The notes under the pieces were generated by a model. It worked only from the letters and a program-made list of their open reading frames with translations, was not told where the DNA came from and did no database searches. A DNA stretch of 64,000 bases, taken from the IMG/VR virus record IMGVR_UViG_3300046454_000807, positions 14,575-78,574 of that record; one strand, written 5' to 3'. The stretch comes from a virus. The translations under genes were made by a program, and so were the position numbers. Below, in pieces: positions 30,368 through 39,008 of this stretch. Position 1 is the first letter of the stretch; every line of letters begins with the position of its first letter.

Positions 30368-30731
30368 GCCCACACCAGCAGAGATCACGGGCGAGGTCGC
30401 CCGCATCCTGCGCCTCTACAGGTTCACCTATACCACGGAGGATGATCTTCAGCGTGGGATCGCCGAGGCGCTGACCGAAGCCGAAGCGCCGTTCACGCGC
30501 GAGTTCCAAATGGACAGTGGTCGGATCGACTTCATGGTTCACGCCGCCTGTGAGGTTGGGATCGAGGTCAAGGTCGGGGGCTCGCCTAGCGCCGTCGGGC
30601 GCCAGCTCATGCGCTACCTGAAAGACGACGGCCTCCGCGGTCTGGTGTTGGTAACGAGCCGGCGCGGTCATCGCAAGCTGTGGGCGCCCGGCAAGCCCTT
30701 CGAGGTCGTGTGGCTCGGCGATGTCGTCTAA
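30357..30731 (+). CDS. small PD-(D/E)XK nuclease-fold protein
   Basis: RIDFMV...GIEVKV..QLMRY; coupled to the SNF2 helicase. Confidence 0.6.
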   Translation: MPNKPTPAEITGEVARILRLYRFTYTTEDDLQRGIAEALTEAEAPFTREFQMDSGRIDFMVHAACEVGIEVKVGGSPSAVGRQLMRYLKDDGLRGLVLVTSRRGHRKLWAPGKPFEVVWLGDVV

Positions 30732-32409
30732 GACCTACGGCAAGCTCAAACGCTACGGCCGGTACTGGGGGGTCGAGACCGACCCTGCCGTGATGATAAT
30801 CCTCAAGCGCTGGTTCCCGCGAGTGAACCCGAACCGCGACGGCGTGCTGATGGTCAGCGCCACGGCCGAGGTCTCCCGCAACCTGGCGTGGTTCCAAATG
30901 CGCTACCCGATGGAGATGCGCGGGGACCACCGCCAGCTCCTGGAGACGGAGGCCGAGGCGGACAAGAGCCTGGAGTTTGAAGCCGCCGACATCCTCGCCG
31001 GCGGCCAGCTCAAGCGGGAGCTGAAGTGGGAAATCGAATCACCGCCGGCACCGGGTGAGCCCCGCGACTACCAGCTCATCGGCGCCAACCTCGCCCTTCG
31101 CACGGGCCACCTGCTGATCGCCGACGACGTGGGGCTCGGGAAGACCGTGACCTCGCTGCTGATCCTCCGCGATGCCGGTCTGCTGCCAGCGCTGATCGTC
31201 TGTCAAACCCATCTGCCGCAGCAGTGGCTAGAAGAAATCGAAGACTTCCTCCCGTGGTTGACGGGTCACATCGCACGAAAAGGTACCCCATACAAACTCG
31301 CGAAATACCACAAAGGAAAAGCGCCCAACGTTCTGATCCTCAACTACGCCAAGCTCGCAGGGTGGGCGCCGAAGTTGAAGGGTGCGATCAAGGCCGTGAT
31401 CCTCGACGAGGGCCAGGAACTGCGACGCGAGGGGACGCAGAAGTACGACGCAGCGGGACTTGTCGCGGACGCAGCGGAGTGTGTGGCAATGACGACCGCG
31501 ACACCGATCTACAACTACGGCGACGAGATTTACAACGTGATGGACATCGTGAAGCGCGGCTGCCTCGGGGAGCGCGAAGAGTTCGTTCGGGAGTGGGGCA
31601 AGCCGATGGGCAACCACATGGGGGTGAAGGACCCGAGGGCGCTCCGACAGCATCTCATCAACCAGAACCTGATGATCCAACGGACTCGCAAAGAGGTCGG
31701 CCGCGAGTTGCCCGAGACCCTCAAAGTCCGGCACGCGATCGAGTCCGACGACGCGGCCTTCGAGAAGCTCATGGAGGGAGCCGAGCGCACCGCCGACATC
31801 CTCGTCACCCGCGAAGCGAGCCGCGAGGAACTCTTCCAGCTCAGCGGCGACTTCGAGTGGCAAATGCGCCGCGCGACCGGGATCGCCAAGGCACCGTTCG
31901 TCGCCGAGTTCGCCAAGTCGCTGCTGGAATCGGGCGAGCAGCTCGTGATGTTCGGCTGGCACCATGCCGTCTACGACATCTGGCGCGACGCACTCAAAGA
32001 CTTCAACCCGGCCTTCTACACGGGCCAGGAGACGCCGGCCAAGAAGCTGATCGCCAAGCAACAATTCATCTCCGGCGAGTCGAAGGTGCTCTGCATGTCG
32101 CTTCGCTCTGGCGCCGGGCTCGACGGGCTCCAGGAGGTCAGTCACATCGCTCTGTTCGGCGAGCTAGACTGGTCGCCGACGATGCACGAGCAGTGCATTG
32201 GCCGGCTCCGGCGCGACGGGATGGACGAGACGGTAGTCGCCTACTTCTTGGTATCGGAGAACGGCAGCGACCCGATGATCGCCGACGTGCTCAACCTGAA
32301 GCGGACGCAGAGCGAGCCCTTCATGGACCCGGAGTCGAAGCTGCTCTCGGTGACGGAGCAGAAAGGCAGCCGGGCCAAGGAGATGGCCGAACACTTCCTC
32401 GCCAAATAA
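30721..32409 (+). CDS. SNF2-family helicase
   Basis: RDYQ, ADDVGLGKT, LDEGQ, TATP, GLDGLQ and EQCIGRLRR motifs. Confidence 0.9.
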   Translation: MSSKTYGKLKRYGRYWGVETDPAVMIILKRWFPRVNPNRDGVLMVSATAEVSRNLAWFQMRYPMEMRGDHRQLLETEAEADKSLEFEAADILAGGQLKRELKWEIESPPAPGEPRDYQLIGANLALRTGHLLIADDVGLGKTVTSLLILRDAGLLPALIVCQTHLPQQWLEEIEDFLPWLTGHIARKGTPYKLAKYHKGKAPNVLILNYAKLAGWAPKLKGAIKAVILDEGQELRREGTQKYDAAGLVADAAECVAMTTATPIYNYGDEIYNVMDIVKRGCLGEREEFVREWGKPMGNHMGVKDPRALRQHLINQNLMIQRTRKEVGRELPETLKVRHAIESDDAAFEKLMEGAERTADILVTREASREELFQLSGDFEWQMRRATGIAKAPFVAEFAKSLLESGEQLVMFGWHHAVYDIWRDALKDFNPAFYTGQETPAKKLIAKQQFISGESKVLCMSLRSGAGLDGLQEVSHIALFGELDWSPTMHEQCIGRLRRDGMDETVVAYFLVSENGSDPMIADVLNLKRTQSEPFMDPESKLLSVTEQKGSRAKEMAEHFLAK

Positions 32410-32426
32410 GTCGTCCGCCCGTCGTG

Positions 32427-32506
32427 TATATTGCGGCTAGCTGAGTAACGGGCTTCGCCCCTACGCCGGTTCCGTGACCGCCGGCGAAAGGGGGGCGGAG
32501 CCCGTT
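32427..32506 (+). promoter_or_regulatory. TATATT -10 box and long structured 5' leader of the sigma factor gene
   Basis: AACGGGCTTCGCCCCT (32447-62) pairs with AGGGGGGCGGAGCCCGTT (32489-506); inner CGCCGG/CCGGCG stem. Confidence 0.6.
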
Positions 32507-32514
32507 CTGCATTT

Positions 32515-33135
32515 ATGGACGCAAAGACGGCTGAAGACCCGAAGCTACTTGCCCACTACGAGGGGTTGGTTCGCAAGACCGCCGCGCGGGTCGCGCCGAA
32601 GGTGGAGGAAGACTACGACGACATCTGTCAATTCCTCCGCTACAAGGTGTGGAAAGCGTTGCAGGCGTTCACTGCGAAACGGGTTAAGCCCACTGCGAAC
32701 ATGACGCTTACAGAAAAGCGTGACAGATTCGTCTTCGCGTGCCTCACTAACGCCGTCAAGGATGTGTTGAAGAAGAAGCGACACTATCTTCTGTTCATAG
32801 AGGACCTGACCGCAGACACCGGCTACAGCGATTCGGCTCACGAGGGCTGGGGGTCGAACCTAGCTGCCAAGCAGAAGTTCGAAGGTCGCTACCTCTCCGA
32901 GGATGCCGACTTCGAGAAGCTGTTCGAGGAAGACACCGTTCTCATCCCCAGCACCCTCGACTCCGTAGAGCGCCGCGTGGCGCTCTTGCTCTATATGGAC
33001 TTCACGCCGACCGACATCGGCAGGCAGATCAAATGCCAGCGCAAAGACGTGGAAGAGATCGTCGGCTCGATCCAGGAGAAGATGGCCGACTGGCAGCCGA
33101 GCGCCGCGGACGAGCGCGTTCCCCTCGCCGCCTAG
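32515..33135 (+). CDS. RNA polymerase sigma factor (sigma70/ECF-like)
   Basis: Region 2: YEGLVRKTA..DYDDICQFLRYKVWKAL..FVFACLTNAVKDVLKK. Region 4: LDSVERRVALLLYMDFTPTDIGRQI. Confidence 0.75.
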   Translation: MDAKTAEDPKLLAHYEGLVRKTAARVAPKVEEDYDDICQFLRYKVWKALQAFTAKRVKPTANMTLTEKRDRFVFACLTNAVKDVLKKKRHYLLFIEDLTADTGYSDSAHEGWGSNLAAKQKFEGRYLSEDADFEKLFEEDTVLIPSTLDSVERRVALLLYMDFTPTDIGRQIKCQRKDVEEIVGSIQEKMADWQPSAADERVPLAA

Positions 33136-33734
33136 TCTTTCTCATCGCCAGGCAGGTACAGGCCCGCCGGGTTGCGGTCGGTCAGCATCCCGATGATGTC
33201 GATCGGCACCAGCGGCCCGATCGTGTCGTTGATCGCGGGCATGATCTCCGCCGCTGGCCAGCCCTCTACAGGCGCGTTGGCGAGTCGCGCCCAACCCTGC
33301 CGGTCGAGCGGCCCGAGCAGCTCCAGGAAGCGCAGGGCTTGTTCTGAGAAGGGCTCTCGCGGCTCCAGCTTCATGATCTCCTCGCCGCCGCTGACGGGCC
33401 TTCCCCACTCCCAGATCGAGCCGGCGCCGTGGGGCACATGCGACGACTTTCCCATCCGGCGCCCGACCCAGATGCCCTGCACGGCGTCGTCGTAGCTCCA
33501 GAGCGTCGGGTCCACGATCGTCAGCTTGGGGTCGTAGCAGTCATCGCCGAGCACCACCCACGAGTGCTGGCCGGTGACGCCCTCCGTGAAACCTCGTGCG
33601 ACTCGTGCGACCGGGAAGATTTCGGCGTTGACGATCGCGATGCTGGCGCCGTGGCAGCGCCGCGCCCACTGAGACAGTGGCTCCAGCTCGTCCATGACGG
33701 CGGCGCGCTGGGCGGAGCTGAGTTCGGGCTTCAT
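33132..33734 (-). CDS. hypothetical protein
   Basis: 200 aa; C(H)..HSWV..D pattern reminiscent of a transglutaminase-like triad; coupled within the leftward operon. Confidence 0.6.
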   Translation of the reverse strand: MKPELSSAQRAAVMDELEPLSQWARRCHGASIAIVNAEIFPVARVARGFTEGVTGQHSWVVLGDDCYDPKLTIVDPTLWSYDDAVQGIWVGRRMGKSSHVPHGAGSIWEWGRPVSGGEEIMKLEPREPFSEQALRFLELLGPLDRQGWARLANAPVEGWPAAEIMPAINDTIGPLVPIDIIGMLTDRNPAGLYLPGDEKD

Positions 33735-33955
33735 AGCAGTGTCTCCTGGTCGTGGAGGAGGTCATAGCGCTGACGCAGGCCGGCCGGGGTGATCCAGTCC
33801 TTACGGGCGCGCTGGTCGTCGGGGTAAAAGCGTTGAATGCGAACCATTCCTTCTCGGTTGATCGAGACGATGTTGATCTGGCCGGTGCTCTTAAGGCGAT
33901 TGGCGTGCTTCGAGAGCCACACCTGCCCCTCTCGGATTTCGGGGATCACGTTCAT
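33731..33955 (-). CDS. hypothetical protein
   Basis: Start MNVIPEIREGQVW (the ORF extends upstream to 34057); ATGA coupling to the next gene. Confidence 0.5.
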   Translation of the reverse strand: MNVIPEIREGQVWLSKHANRLKSTGQINIVSINREGMVRIQRFYPDDQRARKDWITPAGLRQRYDLLHDQETLL

Positions 33956-33980
33956 AAGTAGTACCGCCCCAGGGGGACGT

Positions 33981-34244
33981 TCATCCGCTGTTGACGCGCC
34001 GACGATTGGCGGCACGTAGATCACTGTCGTCCTCGAAGGGGTCCTCGGGCAGATCAAACAGCGACAGTTCCTCTCGCTTGCGAACCCAGAACTCGCGGAA
34101 CTGTCGCTTCGCCTCGGTGATTTCCAGCTCGTCGAAGCCGCGTTGGGAAGCGCTGTTGATCGACAGCCGGGCGTAGCGCATCGCCGTTACCGCACTGTTC
34201 CGGTCGAGCACAGGGAATAAGCCGGATTTGATCGGTTCGCTCAT
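33981..34244 (-). CDS. hypothetical protein
   Basis: 87 aa, coupled to the recombinase stop. Confidence 0.5.
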   Translation of the reverse strand: MSEPIKSGLFPVLDRNSAVTAMRYARLSINSASQRGFDELEITEAKRQFREFWVRKREELSLFDLPEDPFEDDSDLRAANRRRVNSG

Positions 34245-35224
34245 CCGATGTCCTCCCCGAACTCCTCCTCATGGCGCTCCACCTGCTTCTGCACGTCGCG
34301 CCGCACCAGCTCAACGTAGCCCATCGTCTCCTGGATGTTCGCGTGCCCGAGCAGCTTCGAGAGGACCTCGATGTCCATGCCGGCGCGGAGCCACGTCGTC
34401 GCGCACGTGTGACGCAGGCGGTGCCACTGCCAGTCGCCTACGTCGAGCAGGTAGACCTCGAAGCGGGGGAAGCGCATCGGCTTCAGCAGCGCGCCCCCAC
34501 TGGTAGTGAGCGCGAGCCACGGTCGATCGTGACCAGGGCTCAGTTCGGTGCGGAACTCAATCCACGCCTTCACGGCCTCGCGGGCGCGCTTGGTGTAGGG
34601 CACTTCGCGGAACTTGCCACCCTTACCTTCGCGCACGACGATGTAGGCGTTGTCGTAGTGCATATCCTCCAGGTCGAGGTCGAAAATCTCTTGGCGCCGC
34701 AGCCCACATTCGACTGCGATCCTCGTCATCGCGGTGATCTGAAGGTGGTTCGCGTGTGCTTCGATCCGGGTGAATCGAGACGTGCCGCGGAAGTAGCGTT
34801 TGCGCCACTTTCCACCCGAATCGAGTGGAAAATGCTTGGCGATCGCCGGCCAGAGCCTCTTGATTTCCTTTGGTTTGTAGGGACGTGGGAGGCGCCGCGG
34901 CGTCGCGGGGAAGTCGGCTCGCCGAATCGCCATCAGGTCCTCGCCGGTGTAGAGCCCGGCATCGAATGCCCAGCCGAAGAACGCGCGGACCTGCATCCCC
35001 TTCTTCTTGACGGTGCTACCCGACAAGCCGTCGGTCAGATGAAGAAGCCATGCTCGGTATTGCTCGGGCGTGCATTCGATCGCATCATCGACGCCGGCGT
35101 GTGCTGCCAGCTCCTCCACTGCCTGCCGCTGTTCACGACCGCGGCGCTCGGTGATGCCTCGGTAGTTCTGGTACTCAACCCAGAAGCGGCCGAGCGTCGT
35201 CGGGCTTTCCTCCACTACCGTCAT
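34241..35224 (-). CDS. tyrosine recombinase (XerC/D-like)
   Basis: Complete catalytic set: GLRRQE (R), GKGGK (K), HRLRH, LLGH and TMGY; probable start at ATG 35224. Confidence 0.9.
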   Translation of the reverse strand: MTVVEESPTTLGRFWVEYQNYRGITERRGREQRQAVEELAAHAGVDDAIECTPEQYRAWLLHLTDGLSGSTVKKKGMQVRAFFGWAFDAGLYTGEDLMAIRRADFPATPRRLPRPYKPKEIKRLWPAIAKHFPLDSGGKWRKRYFRGTSRFTRIEAHANHLQITAMTRIAVECGLRRQEIFDLDLEDMHYDNAYIVVREGKGGKFREVPYTKRAREAVKAWIEFRTELSPGHDRPWLALTTSGGALLKPMRFPRFEVYLLDVGDWQWHRLRHTCATTWLRAGMDIEVLSKLLGHANIQETMGYVELVRRDVQKQVERHEEEFGEDIG

Positions 35225-35406
35225 AGCTTTTCGATCTCCCACTCATAAACCGTGGTGCATTCATAGTCATCCATGAACACGAGGTAGATCGGGCCGTCCA
35301 CCGGATCGTCGATTGCGACCTCGACCTGGCCCGTCTTACAGGGCCAGCCGTTGACAGGGTAGGCGTCCTCTCGAACAACGAAGTCATCTCCAGCCTTGAG
35401 CTTCAT
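35221..35406 (-). CDS. hypothetical protein
   Basis: 61 aa with ATGA overlaps on both sides. Confidence 0.55.
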   Translation of the reverse strand: MKLKAGDDFVVREDAYPVNGWPCKTGQVEVAIDDPVDGPIYLVFMDDYECTTVYEWEIEKL

Positions 35407-35735
35407 AGGTGGACTTCTTCCAACTCGGAGTAGGACGCGATCAGCTCGGGCCAGTCCTCACCCGGTTCCATTGACTCTCGCGGGATCGAGCCCTGGGCCA
35501 GATGGATGCGGACGCCGAGATGGTAGTACCCAACACTGGCGAGCCAGCCAGCGCAGGGCATCGTCTCGTCCTCGGTGCTCTTGTGGCAGGCGAACATCGG
35601 GGCTCCAAGTGGAGCCTCGGCACCGGGCGTGCCGGTCGTATTGCGAAGTGAGATGTAGCGCTCGGGCGGGAACTGACCGGGCGGCGTGTCGCGTCGCCAC
35701 GGGCACTCCTCACAGGGTCGCTTGCGGCAGTTCAC
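35403..35735 (-). CDS. Cys-rich DUF6283-like protein
   Basis: PCEECPWRRD...FACHKS...CAGWL pattern. Confidence 0.65.
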   Translation of the reverse strand: MNCRKRPCEECPWRRDTPPGQFPPERYISLRNTTGTPGAEAPLGAPMFACHKSTEDETMPCAGWLASVGYYHLGVRIHLAQGSIPRESMEPGEDWPELIASYSELEEVHL

Positions 35736-36130
35736 TCGTCATCCTGCGCTCTCACCCATTCGGCCACCTTCTCCTCGGAGAGCGTCCAGCCAGCAGAGGG
35801 GAGACCAGCGATGACCTGGAACTTGAAGTCCTGGTAGCCGACGGGCAGCTTAAAGCCGTCGCCGCCACACTCCCAACAGGAAGTCATGTGACCGGGTTCG
35901 TCTTCGAGTTGGCCGCTGCGTTCGCATTCAGGGCAGTCGGCCTCCTGGCCAAAGAAGTCGATCAGTAGGGAGCGTGCGAGGTCCGAAGGCCCGGACCCAC
36001 CATAGCCCCAGTTGAAGCCATCCGGTGAGTGACGCACATGATGGGGTAGCGGTCGAGTGGCGCCGTCCTCTTCGACGAGAACCGTAGGACCGCCGAGACC
36101 GGAGCGGCCGATATAGGTCTTCACGACCAT
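35732..36130 (-). CDS. DUF6166-like protein with zinc-finger insert
   Basis: HSPDGFNWGYGGSGPSDLA..YQDFKFQVIA; CxxC...CxxCxG insert. Confidence 0.65.
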   Translation of the reverse strand: MVVKTYIGRSGLGGPTVLVEEDGATRPLPHHVRHSPDGFNWGYGGSGPSDLARSLLIDFFGQEADCPECERSGQLEDEPGHMTSCWECGGDGFKLPVGYQDFKFQVIAGLPSAGWTLSEEKVAEWVRAQDDE

Positions 36131-36324
36131 GCCTGACCGTGGAAGGTTTCGCGACAGAGCACACGGCCCTCGTCGTCCACGCTGTAGACGATCAGGTTCC
36201 GATGCTCCGGTCCACTGGAAAGCTCGAAGTCGAAGTTCCCGGCCTCCTCATCCTTGGGAACTTCCTCGTCGATCCAGTCGGCGAGTCGCTGAGCCTCATC
36301 GGGGTCTAGGCGTGCGAGTTTCAT
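36121..36324 (-). CDS. hypothetical protein
   Basis: 67 aa, coupled to neighbours. Confidence 0.5.
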   Translation of the reverse strand: MKLARLDPDEAQRLADWIDEEVPKDEEAGNFDFELSSGPEHRNLIVYSVDDEGRVLCRETFHGQAWS

Positions 36325-36584
36325 AGGTGAGTGTTTTCCTGGCCGAACCGGCGCAGCGCATCCCTGACATCGGACTCGTCGGGAATCCCGACCTCCAGCT
36401 CCTCCGACTCCACGTCGTAGACTCGGCCGACTCGCTCTCGCATCGCTGTCTCGGCCGCGAGGAATATGTCATCGTCGTTGCCGGTCATGGCTCCGGCGAA
36501 AGCCTCGGCCTGCTCGGCGCGAATCTCGACCTCCACGTTGAAGATGATGCTGCCGCGCCTGGTCTTGGAGATGAACTGTCCCAT
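36321..36584 (-). CDS. hypothetical protein
   Basis: Start MGQFISK; acidic; coupled to neighbours. Confidence 0.5.
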   Translation of the reverse strand: MGQFISKTRRGSIIFNVEVEIRAEQAEAFAGAMTGNDDDIFLAAETAMRERVGRVYDVESEELEVGIPDESDVRDALRRFGQENTHL

Positions 36585-36589
36585 ATGTG

Positions 36590-36805
36590 TTACACCGTGG
36601 GAGGGGGACACCCGGCGAGTTTGGCTGCCTTACTACACCGCTCGCAGGTCTGGAAGATGCAGCGGCTCGGGGGGTAGGACACGGCGCGACCTCTGAGCCC
36701 GCATAGCGTCGGCGAGATCATTCCCGCAGGTGTCTTGTAGTCGCCCAGGTCAGCGCGTAGATGGGCTCGGCGCCCGGTCTCGGTCACTATGAGCTGTCGA
36801 ATCAT
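36590..36805 (-). CDS. small Cys/His zinc-binding hypothetical protein
   Basis: AH..TLCG..CERC pattern; coupled to the ruvB stop. Confidence 0.5.
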   Translation of the reverse strand: MIRQLIVTETGRRAHLRADLGDYKTPAGMISPTLCGLRGRAVSYPPSRCIFQTCERCSKAAKLAGCPPPTV

Positions 36806-37911
36806 GCGCTCACCAACTCCTTTGCTCGCTCGATCCCGGCGTCGGTGAGAATCCGACCCTGGCCGATCTGGATGTAGCCCTGCTCGATCAAGTAGGGCTC
36901 GACGCGAAGTGAGATCGCCTTGCTGTCACGGCTCTTGCCGATGGCGGTGGCGATGGTGTTGACCGAAGCTCGATAAACAGTGCCTTTGCTCGTCTCGTGG
37001 GCGCCGCGCTGGTAGAGGAAGGTGAGCATCCGCTGCATATCGCGGGTCAAGCCATCCTCAGTGACGCCGTTGAGGTCGAATAGCACTTCCCGCGCGACCT
37101 CGCCGTCTATAACGTCATCGGCGAGCATCGCTGCGTTCTTGACGTAGTTGTTCACCGTCCTCGGGACGCCGCGAGAGGCGGCCGCGAATAGCTCGGCTGC
37201 GGTCGGCACGACGACGACGCCCAGTCGCTCTCCGTTCCACTTCGCCATCTGTTCGAGCGCAGCCTTCGAGTAGGGCTCAAGCCGCGGTCGGATCGGGAAG
37301 CGTGCGAGGAACGGGTCGGGCAGCATCCCCTCATCCGTGGTGGTGCCGACGATGGTGATCTCGGGGAAGTCGAGCAGGCCGGCGCCGGCAGGCATCACCC
37401 GGTCCTCCATGATCGCGTAGAGAACCTCGGGCTGGGTAGCTGCTGACTTGCCGCGTCGCTCCATAATCGCCTGCTGGTGAATCTCCTCGATGCGAAGGAT
37501 GTCTCGATCCCGCATCGTCAGTCGGAGTTCTAGCAGGGTGTCGCGCGAGACAGGCGCCTCGACCTCAAACACGTCGGCGTCGAGTTCGTGCGCGATGACG
37601 TGGCTGAACGTGCTCTTGCCGGTGCCGGCGCCGCCAACGAGCAGGATGTGATCGAGCGGCACGTCGCGCCGCTTGCAGCTCGCCACGACGCGCTCCATCA
37701 TCGCCACGGCGTGCTCCTGGCCGATGACCTCGGCGAAGGTCTCCGGGCGCAGCGCGTTCTTCGAGCGGTCGCCGGTGGACACCGGACGGGGTGGCGCCTC
37801 GCTCAGATCGCCGGCCGGTCGCTCGGTCGCTTTGAGGTCGGCGAGCGCGCGCAGCATCGCCGATCGGTTCTGCGAGATCGGCGCCGCTTCCACATGTGGT
37901 TCGGTTCTCAC
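36802..37911 (-). CDS. ruvB: RuvB-like AAA+ Holliday-junction branch-migration ATPase
   Basis: LRPETFAEVIGQ, DHILLVGGAGTGKST, EEIH, LYAIMED, GTTT, RGVPR and EPYLIEQG motifs; GTG start overlapping the upstream stop. Confidence 0.85.
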   Translation of the reverse strand: MRTEPHVEAAPISQNRSAMLRALADLKATERPAGDLSEAPPRPVSTGDRSKNALRPETFAEVIGQEHAVAMMERVVASCKRRDVPLDHILLVGGAGTGKSTFSHVIAHELDADVFEVEAPVSRDTLLELRLTMRDRDILRIEEIHQQAIMERRGKSAATQPEVLYAIMEDRVMPAGAGLLDFPEITIVGTTTDEGMLPDPFLARFPIRPRLEPYSKAALEQMAKWNGERLGVVVVPTAAELFAAASRGVPRTVNNYVKNAAMLADDVIDGEVAREVLFDLNGVTEDGLTRDMQRMLTFLYQRGAHETSKGTVYRASVNTIATAIGKSRDSKAISLRVEPYLIEQGYIQIGQGRILTDAGIERAKELVSA

Positions 37912-38357
37912 TGGTAGCGCGCCCGAAATAGTCGAGGGTGGTTCATCGTCCACAGCATCGCCGCGTCGCATTCGCTCGGGATGAACGTCACCGCGGGGTA
38001 CATGATGTTGTGAGGATCGGAACTGTGACCGTAACCCTCCAAGTGTCCGACCTCGTGACGCATGGCGGCACAGGCGCGCTCGAACATGTTCGGCGTCGAG
38101 AGTTCGGCAACGATGTAAACGTGGCAAGACAGCACTTCACCCGGCGCCGGGATAGTGGCTTCGCCGATCCATTCGCCGCCGTTGAGTTCGGTGTCGCCGA
38201 CGATCCGCTTCTCGATGGACGAGCAGCCGGGCGGCGTCGTGCCCCAGTGCCGAAGCGCGAGTGCGTAGGCGTAGTTAAGCGAAGGTGTGAATGGCGCCGC
38301 GTGGGCTACCGGCGCCGCGAGCAGCATTACCACTGCGATCAATCCGAGACGCTTCAC
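37908..38357 (-). CDS. secreted matrixin-like (metzincin) metalloprotease
   Basis: Signal peptide MKRLGLIAVVMLLAAPVAHA; HEVGHLEGYGH; Met-turn NIMYP. Confidence 0.75.
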   Translation of the reverse strand: MKRLGLIAVVMLLAAPVAHAAPFTPSLNYAYALALRHWGTTPPGCSSIEKRIVGDTELNGGEWIGEATIPAPGEVLSCHVYIVAELSTPNMFERACAAMRHEVGHLEGYGHSSDPHNIMYPAVTFIPSECDAAMLWTMNHPRLFRARYQ

Positions 38358-38770
38358 TCGATCCCCAGCTCAAGCTCGACGTACCAAGGGCTCAGCTCCT
38401 CGCGGTCGCCCATGCCGTGCTTCTCCTTGCGCCAGCGCTTCGCCTCGGCGGTGTTGCGCAGGAAGTCAGTGACTCCGTTGTACTCGCCGATGATCGCGCG
38501 AGGGTCGATCTTGAACATCCCCGCGATCCAGTCACCCCACTCGACCCACGTTGCGGCCCGGTCGTAGTTGCCAGCGCCGCCATACTGGCCGCTGTTGCGG
38601 GCGAAGCTACGTTTGTTGCCGTGCTTGTCGCTGCCGTGCTCGGCCGATAGACCGACCTCGAATGCGTGGTCTCGCTTTCGCGAGCCATGAGCCGTCACTT
38701 CGGCAAGCGTGCCGTTCGGCGCCAGCTTGCGCAGGTCGGCGGCGGTAAGTTTGTCGGTATGGATTCGCAT
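38354..38770 (-). CDS. hypothetical protein
   Basis: SD AGGAGG; HGSRKRDHAFEV..AATWVEWG motif seen in actinophage early proteins. Confidence 0.7.
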   Translation of the reverse strand: MRIHTDKLTAADLRKLAPNGTLAEVTAHGSRKRDHAFEVGLSAEHGSDKHGNKRSFARNSGQYGGAGNYDRAATWVEWGDWIAGMFKIDPRAIIGEYNGVTDFLRNTAEAKRWRKEKHGMGDREELSPWYVELELGIE

Positions 38771-38786
38771 AGAGCCTCCTAAGTGA

Positions 38787-39008
38787 CTATTCGTGTGCCT
38801 CTAGGTATTCGCTTAGTTCATCTAGTGACTGACTATCGTCATAACTCATTGCGTAAGTAGATGCTTCCCTCGCGAGCTTGCCGACGCTCTCCTGAATTGT
38901 TCCTGTGATACCAAACAGAACCACATCGTCCCAGTCCGGGTCATTAGGCCACTTAAGCCTCTTGGGGACCTCAACCGCGATCTCTCGTGCTGCGCTTTCG
39001 GTAAGCAT
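38787..39008 (-). CDS. hypothetical acidic protein
   Basis: Start MLTESAAR at TGATG overlap; low GC. Confidence 0.5.
   Translation of the reverse strand: MLTESAAREIAVEVPKRLKWPNDPDWDDVVLFGITGTIQESVGKLAREASTYAMSYDDSQSLDELSEYLEAHE

Noticed and set aside
37912-38127. Extended RuvB N-terminus as in the 441-aa ORF call
   Set aside because: It overlaps the metalloprotease gene; GTGA coupling at 37911 gives a normal RuvB length.
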